Origin: Armatimonadota bacterium
GTDB taxonomy: Bacteria > Armatimonadota > Armatimonadia > Armatimonadales > Armatimonadaceae
Assembly: GCA_043754515.1 (NCBI GenBank)
Contig: JAYUUO010000167.1
Location: 1-11,302 of the forward strand
Direction: 5' to 3'
DNA length: 11,302 nucleotides
Shown here: in pieces, positions 1-7,028 of the stretch
How the letters are laid out: each line of letters starts with the position of its first letter
How positions within the stretch are numbered: position 1 is the stretch's first letter
The notes under the pieces: generated by a model
What the model was told of the DNA's origin: nothing
The model's database searches: none
Seen by the model: the letters and a program-made list of their open reading frames with translations, nothing else
Program-made: the position numbers and the translations under genes

Positions 1-551
1 TCGGAAAGCTCGCTCTCGATCTCCCCCGCTACGCTTCGTGGGATGTACACCACGTCCATGTTGCCCGGATCGGTGAAGTATAGACGATACAACGGAACAT
101 TCGCAGTGTCTAACCGACACACCACACAATCCCCGCCATGTGGTGAGATGACGCGGTTCGTATAGGACTTCCACGCTAGCGAGTCGGCGATGCCATAATC
201 ACGTTGTAAATGCTCCCCGACGCCCGCCCCACCCAGTGCGTAAGTGCCAAACGCACTCGTCACGTCGGCGATGCGCACCTTTTCCATGATCAGGTACTTG
301 TCAAGCGTCGCCGAAACGAACGCCGCCGTGCCCGGTTCGAGGTCGAGGAGCAGAGACTCGCCGACGTTCAGCACGCGCATATCGGCCAGAATATGCCCTG
401 TCGCGTCGAGGAGGAAGGCGTAGCAACCGTCGCCGGGCGCGAGGCGCAACACATCGTTCGTGACCATGCCCTGCAAGAACGACTGCCGGTCACGCCCGGT
501 CATCCTCAACAGGTCGCGTCTGGTCGGCGTATAGAAAAGGTTCGGTAGCAT
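1..551 (-). CDS. ygfZ: YgfZ/GcvT-family folate-binding (aminomethyltransferase-like) protein, 5' part; runs off the left edge
   Basis: Manual translation from ATG 551 is open to the window edge: MLPNLFYTPTRRDLLRMTGRDRQSFLQGMVTNDVLRLAPGDGCYAFLLDATGHILADMRV...LDKYLIMEKVRIADVT. The 'G.D...FLQG..TND' and 'L...G....D' pattern is the GcvT/YgfZ N-terminus. GGAGG Shine-Dalgarno at 565-561. The YgfZ-diagnostic KGCYxGQE motif would lie outside the window. Confidence 0.8.
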   Translation of the reverse strand, partial: MLPNLFYTPTRRDLLRMTGRDRQSFLQGMVTNDVLRLAPGDGCYAFLLDATGHILADMRVLNVGESLLLDLEPGTAAFVSATLDKYLIMEKVRIADVTSAFGTYALGGAGVGEHLQRDYGIADSLAWKSYTNRVISPHGGDCVVCRLDTANVPLYRLYFTDPGNMDVVYIPRSVAGEIESELS

Positions 552-590
552 GTGTGTTGTCCTCCAGGTTACCCTCGCGCTGGTGTGCTC

Positions 591-1223
591 TTATGCTACC
601 ACGGGGAGCGCGGTCGGGGAACCAGGCACCGACACCATCCGCGCCAGCACGCCCAGAATCGCGTCGGGGTTATCTATGAAGCGATCTTCGATGTCTACCT
701 CCGCGACGGTGTCGGTCATGCGCAGGAAACGCCACGTGGTGCCGGTGGTCACGACGCCGTAGACGGGCGTGATCGGTCGTTCACGTCGGGTGTTGAAGAG
801 TTGCGCCGCGAACAGTTCGGCGACGCACTGCGGAATGCCATTCGTCAGACTTTCGCGCTTCGCTTCCACGATAGCCACCACGGGCGCGGCGACCTGCAGT
901 AGCGTCGGCGCGCGGCTTAACAGGAAGTCGCAGAAACCATCCAATCCGCGAGCCGCGTCCACCGTGAACCCCGCGCCCGAGAATACGCCGATTTGCCGAC
1001 CGCACAGTTCGCGCAACTCCACCAGAAGCGGCGCGATGAGCAGTTCGGAACGTACTTTTTCCGTGTCCACGCCGCTGACGAGTGGCCGGTTGCGGGCTAA
1101 CTGCTCACGGAAGAACGCGCTCGGCGGGAGCGGCGGCGTGTCCGCGAAGAGGCCCGGCGCGTCCACGACGGAGACGCCGAAGCGGGAGCCGAGCAGGTCG
1201 AAAGTGAACTCGTCGTATGTCAC
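591..1223 (-). CDS. Conserved hypothetical protein with PD-(D/E)XK nuclease-like motif (restriction-endonuclease-like fold)
   Basis: Start revised to GTG 1223 (MTYDEFTF..., 210 aa), which removes the overlap with the upstream gene. Contains EKVRSELLIAPLL, GFCDFLL...IVEAK (D...ExK), QCVAEL and YGVVTTGTTWRFL. I recall this pattern from an uncharacterised family common in cyanobacteria. Confidence 0.75.
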   Translation of the reverse strand: MTYDEFTFDLLGSRFGVSVVDAPGLFADTPPLPPSAFFREQLARNRPLVSGVDTEKVRSELLIAPLLVELRELCGRQIGVFSGAGFTVDAARGLDGFCDFLLSRAPTLLQVAAPVVAIVEAKRESLTNGIPQCVAELFAAQLFNTRRERPITPVYGVVTTGTTWRFLRMTDTVAEVDIEDRFIDNPDAILGVLARMVSVPGSPTALPVVA

Positions 1224-1235
1224 GCTCCGAGTGTA
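1224..1235 (-). promoter_or_regulatory. Putative -10 element TACACT, 6 nt upstream of GTG 1223 (leaderless-type promoter)
   Basis: Minus strand reads TACACT-cggagc-GTG. Confidence 0.45.
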
Positions 1236-1237
1236 TC

Positions 1238-2104
1238 CTAAACCGTGACGGAACAGCCGCACAGCAGATCAATCGTGACGGGAGACGGGTACGACTTCTC
1301 GTTGCCGCCGTTACGCCAGTGCCGCACGAGATCAGTCTCGGGGTCGAAAACGATGATGTCCGGAATGCCGACGCGCTGATAAAACGGCACGCCGATAACC
1401 AGGTCCTTCGCGGCGTAGTCCTTGCTAATGATCTCGACCACGGCTTCGGGGACGAGTGTGGTCTCGGTATCTTGCTCGTCGGGTTCGCGGCACCAGATGG
1501 AAATGTCGGGACGCAGGTGCGAACCGTCCGCGAACCGGATATTCACGTCTGAGGTGTGGAAGACGGTCGCGCACAGGGCATCATCCGCTACGGTCGGGCG
1601 GATCGAGTTTTCGATGCGGAATACCGCCTTCTGATGCCGCAGAGGCGGCGTCGGCTCCCAAACCGAGACGCCGCCGATTTGAGACAAGCGAATCCCGATT
1701 TCGTCGGCTTCATGGCTCAGACGGTCGAGGGTCTGAGCTAGCCTTATTTCATGGGTTATGGTCAAAACCCTGCTTGCGAACGCGGCCCAATCATAATCGT
1801 GCGGTAGCATGATTCGATGGAACGGTATATCCTGATGGTGGCCCAGACTTCTCATGAACCGTTCGTACCCCACCCCCGTGTACGTCACGTCGCACAACGT
1901 TGTATATACGAACGGCATTACGCAAGCCTGCGGCTCGTCGTGAAACATCCAATCGGCGATGGCCGAGTCGAGAAGCCCCATCTCCTCGATCCATTCGAAT
2001 GCCGTGTCCTCTGACCAGCCTAACGTATGGCAGAGTATCTGTACCCATACACTTTTGTAATAGTTATGCGTGATGATCGCGAGCTGGCCACTCGGCATGC
2101 TCAT
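1238..2104 (-). CDS. Uma2 (DUF820)-family endonuclease with about 120 aa N-terminal domain of unknown function
   Basis: Start revised to ATG 2104, which forms an ATGA overlap with the stop of the C40 gene (288 aa). The C-terminal part has PTPPLRHQ, RPDISIW, PEAVVEIIS, D...FYQRVGIPDIIVFDPE, the Uma2 pattern. Confidence 0.85.
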   Translation of the reverse strand: MSMPSGQLAIITHNYYKSVWVQILCHTLGWSEDTAFEWIEEMGLLDSAIADWMFHDEPQACVMPFVYTTLCDVTYTGVGYERFMRSLGHHQDIPFHRIMLPHDYDWAAFASRVLTITHEIRLAQTLDRLSHEADEIGIRLSQIGGVSVWEPTPPLRHQKAVFRIENSIRPTVADDALCATVFHTSDVNIRFADGSHLRPDISIWCREPDEQDTETTLVPEAVVEIISKDYAAKDLVIGVPFYQRVGIPDIIVFDPETDLVRHWRNGGNEKSYPSPVTIDLLCGCSVTV

Positions 2105-3000
2105 CTCGTGTCGCCCTTTACCCGCGTCACCGGCTCGCTCGCCCGCGTCGGGTCGAGACGCCGCGCGTCCACGAAGCCGGGCGAGTAGCGGTCGTCGCCC
2201 CATGCGGTGATGATCACGCCCGCGCCGCCCGCCGCGTGGATGAAGGTGTTGCCCGCGAGGTGCATTCCGACGTGCGTGATCCGGTCGGGCTTGCCGAAGA
2301 ACACGAGGTCGCCGGGGAGCAGATCGTCACCCGCGCTTGCCACTGTTCGCACGGGCGCGGGGACGAAACGCGGGTCGTCGCGCTGAATGTCGGCATCGCG
2401 GCGCAGAGTCACGCCCGCGATCTGGTAGCAGTACTGGACGAACCCGGAGCAGTCCAGCCCGAACGATGACGAACCGCCCCACAGGTACGGGGTTCCGAGA
2501 AAATGTTTCGCGTAGTAAGCCGCAATCCCGGTGTGTGTCTTCGGGTAGTTCGGCATATAGGAACGCGAATGTAGTGGTACTCCTTCAATCATGCCTAGGT
2601 AGCCACGTGTCCCACCGTCGGGCGTCGTAACTTGAGCGAAGCCGTTTTCGGAAGCGGACTCGAAACGCACTTTTGTTAGAATCGGGAGACGAATAAGCGG
2701 TGGTGCGTAGGCATCGGGCGACTCGCGCAACTCCGCGAAAATTGAGCGCACTGGTTGCAACTCATCGGCATCGAAGACGTGTTCGCCGAGCCAGCGCGAA
2801 TCCGCCCAGCCCCGGTACGTGTCCTCGCCCTCGACATACGCCCAGCCGCTCTCCTCGTTTAGGACGCGCACCGTCTGCCCCATCAGGAGTTGCGACACGA
2901 GTTCGGAATCGTTCGACGGCTTGGCGCGGAGGTGGACGACGTTGTGCGCGACCGTGCGCAAAGAGGTATGAGATCCGTGTTCGGCTGGCGGTATAGGCAT
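2101..3000 (-). CDS. SH3-domain NlpC/P60 (C40) peptidase, YkfC/dipeptidyl-peptidase VI-like (gamma-D-glutamyl endopeptidase)
   Basis: N-terminal SH3b-like segment LRAKPSNDSELVSQLLMGQTVRVL...GWAYV...YRGW. Catalytic region FLGTPYLWGG, GLDCSGFV (Cys), RRDADIQ, PGDLVFF, HVGMH, FIHA. No evident signal peptide, consistent with cytoplasmic peptidoglycan-peptide recycling. Confidence 0.93.
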   Translation of the reverse strand: MPIPPAEHGSHTSLRTVAHNVVHLRAKPSNDSELVSQLLMGQTVRVLNEESGWAYVEGEDTYRGWADSRWLGEHVFDADELQPVRSIFAELRESPDAYAPPLIRLPILTKVRFESASENGFAQVTTPDGGTRGYLGMIEGVPLHSRSYMPNYPKTHTGIAAYYAKHFLGTPYLWGGSSSFGLDCSGFVQYCYQIAGVTLRRDADIQRDDPRFVPAPVRTVASAGDDLLPGDLVFFGKPDRITHVGMHLAGNTFIHAAGGAGVIITAWGDDRYSPGFVDARRLDPTRASEPVTRVKGDTR

Positions 3001-3012
3001 GACGCTATGATA
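3001..3012 (-). promoter_or_regulatory. Putative -10 element TATCAT, 6 nt upstream of ATG 3000 (leaderless-type promoter)
   Basis: Minus strand reads TATCAT-agcgtc-ATG; no Shine-Dalgarno is present. Confidence 0.55.
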
Positions 3013-3089
3013 CCGCGAAGCGTCAGTCGCGACGCGGGGCGCGGGAATCAGTTCGGCGCGTCGTGCGTATAAGTAGAAAGCGTCTCGCT

Positions 3090-4499
3090 ATGAAAAAAAT
3101 CCCATTCCTTTCCTCGTCACATCATCGGCATCTCGCGGTCGCTGCGTTCGGTGTCGCCTGGCTCGGCGTCTCCGCCGCGCCGGGTGCGTTTGCTCAAACC
3201 GGCACCGCGCCCGTTACCTCACCGCAAGTGACGCCGCCACCCGTAGCGACGTCGCCGGGTCAGGCGACGACGCCAAACGCCGCGAAGAAAGACAAAGCCG
3301 CGAAGCCGCCTGCCGAGGATTCCGAAGTCAAGCTAGGCCGCGAGACGCACGAGGACTTGCTCCGCTCCGGCTTGAAACTGGTGAAAGATCCCGCCGTCCT
3401 CGCCCGCGTCGAAGCCATCGGCAAAAAGGTCGCGGCAATCGCGAACGCCGAAGCGGTTCCCGCGACGTACGGTTCGTCGAAGCATGTACCGTACGAGTAC
3501 CGCTTCTTCGTGGTGGACGACGACGACGTGAACGCGTTCTCGCTACCCGGCGGCTACATCTACGTTAATAAAGGGATTTTGCGGTACGCGCAGTCGGACG
3601 ACGAACTCGCCGCCGTCATAGGGCACGAGATAACGCACGCGATGCACCATCACGTCGCTAAACTGCAACACGAGCAGAGCCGCCTAAATACGCAGATGGC
3701 ACTGGGTCTGCTCGCCGCGCTGGTCGCCCGCGTCCCGACTGCTGATACCATGAACCTGATGACCGGCTTCCAGTTGATCGCCCTACAGAAGGTGAACGGG
3801 TTCGGGCAGGATGCCGAGCGGGACGCGGACCACGGAGGAGTGATCCTGACGCAAAAGGCGGGGTACAACCCGGTCGGCTCACTGACTTTCATGGAGCGGC
3901 TGGGACGCGACCAGAAGCAACGCCCCGACGTCGAACTCGGCATCTTCCGCACGCACCCGCCGGAGAAGGAGCGGGCGACACTGATCAAGTCCGAGATCGT
4001 CGGGATGGGCTTGCCGATCAACCGCCGCGAGGTGACTAACACCCTGCGCGTCCAGGTGCGTTCCGTGGCGATCACGAAGGAACCGGTAGTAGCCGCTGGC
4101 GCGGCGAGCACTTCGTCCGTCACTAAGGTGTCGCCAGTCGCGGTCGCCGCTACTCCAGATGTCGCGAAAGGGTCCGCGCCGCAACCGATCGGCGGGCTGA
4201 GCGAGGTGCTACTCGACGGCAAATTGCTATACCGCACGCCGGTCGCGGATCGCGCGAAGCAGGTGTCCGACTCACTCAACAAACTTCTCGATCAGAACAT
4301 ACAAATATATGACCTGACACGGCGCGGCGCGACTATTTATGCGCACGGCGAGCCGGTACTCGCGGTGCGGAGCGACGACATGAGCGCGTACCCCGCCTCC
4401 GCGAGTGGCGGGTTGTCGCCCGAAGCCGCCGCCGACACCGCGTTCAAGACGCTACGAAATGCCTTGTACCGGCACCTGCTTAACGGGAACGTATACTAG
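3090..4499 (+). CDS. M48-family zinc metalloprotease (BepA/LoiP-like catalytic domain), exported, with C-terminal accessory domain
   Basis: Likely start ATG 3090 (MKKIPF...AFA|Q signal peptide), followed by a Pro/Thr linker. Motifs VNAFSLPGGYIYV, ELAAVIGHEITH (HExxH), ERDAD (third ligand Glu), AGYNP and RTHP. Confidence 0.92.
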   Translation: MKKIPFLSSSHHRHLAVAAFGVAWLGVSAAPGAFAQTGTAPVTSPQVTPPPVATSPGQATTPNAAKKDKAAKPPAEDSEVKLGRETHEDLLRSGLKLVKDPAVLARVEAIGKKVAAIANAEAVPATYGSSKHVPYEYRFFVVDDDDVNAFSLPGGYIYVNKGILRYAQSDDELAAVIGHEITHAMHHHVAKLQHEQSRLNTQMALGLLAALVARVPTADTMNLMTGFQLIALQKVNGFGQDAERDADHGGVILTQKAGYNPVGSLTFMERLGRDQKQRPDVELGIFRTHPPEKERATLIKSEIVGMGLPINRREVTNTLRVQVRSVAITKEPVVAAGAASTSSVTKVSPVAVAATPDVAKGSAPQPIGGLSEVLLDGKLLYRTPVADRAKQVSDSLNKLLDQNIQIYDLTRRGATIYAHGEPVLAVRSDDMSAYPASASGGLSPEAAADTAFKTLRNALYRHLLNGNVY

Positions 4500-4510
4500 A
4501 ATCGGAAATT

Positions 4511-4584
4511 GGTCTTTACCCGCCGTGGCGCGCAAACGTCGCGACGGGTACAATGGGAGCCGTCTCCCACAACACTTTAAGACC
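4511..4584 (+). promoter_or_regulatory. Intergenic inverted repeats with a candidate -10 (TACAAT 4549-4554) upstream of the leader ORF
   Basis: 14-position stem 4517-4530/4537-4550 (1 mismatch, 2 G-U). Perfect TGGGAG-ccgt-CTCCCA at 4554-4569. GGTCTT 4511-4516 is complementary to AAGACC 4579-4584. Confidence 0.5.
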
Positions 4585-4600
4585 TGAACCCATATTCGTG

Positions 4601-4954
4601 ATGATTACCCGACTCCCGACACAAACGTGCCAACGCCGCCTCGCGGCGTTCGTATCGCTTCTGTTCGCGTTCCTGGTGATCGGGACCACGGTCATGCCGC
4701 ATTTTCACGGCGGTAAAGCACCCGAATCGGTCGCCGCCGTCCATACGGATAGGCATCAATTGTCCGTTTCCGCCGCCGGTTGTCCGCTTTGTGATTGGCT
4801 AGCGTCGTCGTATGTCCCTGCGGCAACCCCGCTCCCGCTCCGAGTCGTGCCGGAACTCCGCGCCGCGCGGGCGACGCCGCTCGCTGCGAGTCATCAGTTC
4901 GGACTCGCCGAACCCGTTCACTCGCCCCAGCGCGGCCCCCCTTCGCTCGCCTGA
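4601..4954 (+). CDS. DUF2946-like (CruR/CutF-type) small protein; candidate metal-responsive leader/arrest peptide
   Basis: About 117 aa from ATG 4601 (alternatives GTG 4598 and ATG 4553). Basic N-terminus, hydrophobic helix LAAFVSLLFAFLVIGTTV, HFH (4700-4708), CPLC (4781-4792), Pro/Ala linker, RGPP (4931-4942) 3 codons before the stop. This is the DUF2946 architecture. Confidence 0.8.
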   Translation: MITRLPTQTCQRRLAAFVSLLFAFLVIGTTVMPHFHGGKAPESVAAVHTDRHQLSVSAAGCPLCDWLASSYVPAATPLPLRVVPELRAARATPLAASHQFGLAEPVHSPQRGPPSLA

Positions 4955-5098
4955 TCTGTCTTCTGTTGTACCCGCGTACTCTGACGCCGCTCGCGCCACT
5001 TACGCTACCCGCCTCGCGCCGACCGGTTTGCGCCGAACCGCCGCGTCCGTCCGGGTTTTTGTCCGTGCCTTCTTTACCGATTATCAGGGAGTTGAACC

Positions 5099-5731
5099 GT
5101 GAATACTATATTGACCTTTATCAAGAACGGCGGGGTGATGATGTACCCGCTGATCGTCTGCTCGGTCGGCCTTTTCGCCATCATCATCGAGCGCGCCATT
5201 TCGCTCCGCCGCGCCAGCGTGGACGGCGACGTGCTACTGGACGCGGTCCGCGACAGCTACAAAGGCGCAGACCCCAAAGTGACCTCGTCCGCTGACGCGA
5301 TCCGCGCCATTGAGGGATACCGCGCCCCGATCGCCCGCATGTTCGCGCGGGGTCTCAAGAACGCGCACCGCGACGCCGATGCGATAGAGATGGCGATGGA
5401 GCAGGAAGCCGCGAACGATCTGCCCAGCATTGAGGCGTACCTGCCTGTATTACGCACTATTATCAACATCGCGCCTCTCCTCGGCCTGCTCGGTACTATC
5501 GCCGGTATGATCTCGTCCTTTCGATCGGCGGCGACCTCGGGACTCTCCAACCCGACCCAGATTCTAGGCGGTATTTCGGAGGCGTTGATCTCCACCGCGA
5601 CCGGGATCACGCTCGCCGTGGTCGGCTTCGTCTTCTACAACTATTTCACGAACCTGACGCGCAAGATGACCGCCGACATGGAGTATTACGGCGCAGAACT
5701 GGTGAATTTCCTGACCGGACGCGTGGACTAA
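5099..5731 (+). CDS. exbB: MotA/TolQ/ExbB proton channel protein
   Basis: GGVMMYPLIVCS...IIIER, APLLGLLGTIAGMISSF, GISEALISTATG. AGGGAG SD at 5086-5091 before the GTG. Adjacent to exbD and tonB. Confidence 0.95.
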   Translation: MNTILTFIKNGGVMMYPLIVCSVGLFAIIIERAISLRRASVDGDVLLDAVRDSYKGADPKVTSSADAIRAIEGYRAPIARMFARGLKNAHRDADAIEMAMEQEAANDLPSIEAYLPVLRTIINIAPLLGLLGTIAGMISSFRSAATSGLSNPTQILGGISEALISTATGITLAVVGFVFYNYFTNLTRKMTADMEYYGAELVNFLTGRVD

Positions 5732-5759
5732 CCAGGGCCTCTTACAAGGAGATAAACCG

Positions 5760-6170
5760 ATGCGAAAACGTATGCGACTCGGTCGCCGCGTCCCGTCCGA
5801 AGAGGCGGAGATCGTGGTCATCCCGATGATTGACGTGATGATGTTTTTACTGTTCTTTTTCATGGTGTCGTCGCTCGCGATGGTGGTGCAGAGCGGCTTG
5901 CCGGTGAACCTGCCCAAGGCGTCTACCTCAAACCAGCACTCGTCGCAGAACATCACGATCACTATGATGCGCGACAACCGGATCTTTCTGAATACGACCG
6001 CGACCACGGTTGACAAACTCGAAGCCGGTCTGCGGGCGTTGAAGGTCGGGCCCGACAATCTGGTGATCATCAACGCCGACGCGAAGGTCGAGCATGGCGT
6101 GGTGGTCGAGGGGATGGATCAGGCGCGCAAAGCCGGGGTCACCCGCTTCGCCATCGCGACCACGAAATAG
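5760..6170 (+). CDS. exbD: Biopolymer transporter ExbD/TolR
   Basis: IPMIDVMMFLLFFFMV (conserved TM Asp), VNLPKA, VIINADAKVEHGVVVEGMDQARKAG. AAGGAG SD upstream. Confidence 0.95.
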   Translation: MRKRMRLGRRVPSEEAEIVVIPMIDVMMFLLFFFMVSSLAMVVQSGLPVNLPKASTSNQHSSQNITITMMRDNRIFLNTTATTVDKLEAGLRALKVGPDNLVIINADAKVEHGVVVEGMDQARKAGVTRFAIATTK

Positions 6171-6186
6171 AAGGAGCCAACGTATC

Positions 6187-7026
6187 ATGTCCATTCCCGA
6201 TGTGCCCAAGACACCGGCACCGCGTCGGCGACGGCGCGGGCAGAGCAACCCGCTCTTGCCGCGAATCATCGGCGTCGCAGTGCTGATTCACCTGATCGGA
6301 TTGCCGATACTGGCGCATTTCGGCGCGTTCAAGAAGGTGCAACAACAGTTCCTGGAAACGAAACTGGTTACGTTGCCTCCGCCCGAAAAGCCGAAAGCCG
6401 AACCGAAAACAGAAAAGAAGGCCCAGCCGAAAGTCGTCCGCCACCCGGAGTCGAAAGCCATCCATTCACACGCACCCGCGTCCACGCGCTCCGCGCTCGC
6501 CCAGCCGAAAGTGGTCGCGGCGGCGGGCAGTCCCGGCGCGGGCGGGGATGGCGGCCCGACCGTTGACCCGAACGGGACCGGGGTAGCGGGGCAGTTACCT
6601 GGTAATGCCACGACGCCCGCGCCCGCGTCTACACCGACACCGGCACCGGACGCCGATCCATCTACCCCGCTTCCGATGGTGCCTTCGCTGACACCGGAGC
6701 CGACACTGACGCCGCGACCGGTGCCTACTCCCACCCCGGTACCCAAACTGCCCACCTTCACCGAGGCGACACCGATAGACGAGATCAAGCCGGTGATCCC
6801 CGACGCGCTCCGGTCCGACGCGCTCGACGCCACCATGGTGATCGCGTTCACGGTGGGCGCGGACGGCGTGCCGACGAGCGTGCGAATTGCGGAATCGTCG
6901 TCCACTCCCGAACTTAATGATCTCGGGCTTAAAACGGCGCGGCAATGGCGGTTCAAACCCGCGACCCGCGATGGCGAGCCGGTCGAGAGCATCGTCCGCC
7001 TGCACATCGAGTTTCAAGTCAACTAA
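6187..7026 (+). CDS. tonB: Energy transducer TonB
   Basis: Start revised to ATG 6187 (AAGGAG SD upstream; 279 aa). N-terminal TM with His (AVLIH), Lys/Pro- and Pro/Thr-rich linker, TonB C-domain (FTVGADGVPTSVRIAESS...ARQWRFKPATRDGEPV...IEF). Confidence 0.92.
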   Translation: MSIPDVPKTPAPRRRRRGQSNPLLPRIIGVAVLIHLIGLPILAHFGAFKKVQQQFLETKLVTLPPPEKPKAEPKTEKKAQPKVVRHPESKAIHSHAPASTRSALAQPKVVAAAGSPGAGGDGGPTVDPNGTGVAGQLPGNATTPAPASTPTPAPDADPSTPLPMVPSLTPEPTLTPRPVPTPTPVPKLPTFTEATPIDEIKPVIPDALRSDALDATMVIAFTVGADGVPTSVRIAESSSTPELNDLGLKTARQWRFKPATRDGEPVESIVRLHIEFQVN

Positions 7027-7028
7027 GC

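Noticed and set aside
210..548. 112-aa + strand ORF from the track
   Set aside because: Antisense to the YgfZ-like gene, which has family motifs and an SD.
4517..4550. CsoR/RicR-type operator (TACCC...GGGTA)
   Set aside because: The half-sites are 24 nt apart, much longer than such operators, and are better explained as the base of a hairpin.
4517..4550. Intrinsic terminator for the M48 gene
   Set aside because: A hairpin is present but there is no U-tract on either strand.
4500..4600. Cobalamin riboswitch, suggested by AGACCTG at 4580-4586 upstream of a TonB receptor operon
   Set aside because: The region is too short and lacks the other core elements (GGGAA, GCCACTG, the rest of the B12 box).
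5024..5060. Intrinsic terminator before exbB
   Set aside because: The T5 run (5056-5060) is 15 nt from the 7-bp stem, which is not canonical geometry.
6610..6745. Tandem-repeat-like ACx-CCG runs
   Set aside because: These simply encode the Pro/Thr linker of TonB; the DNA is degenerate and not an array.
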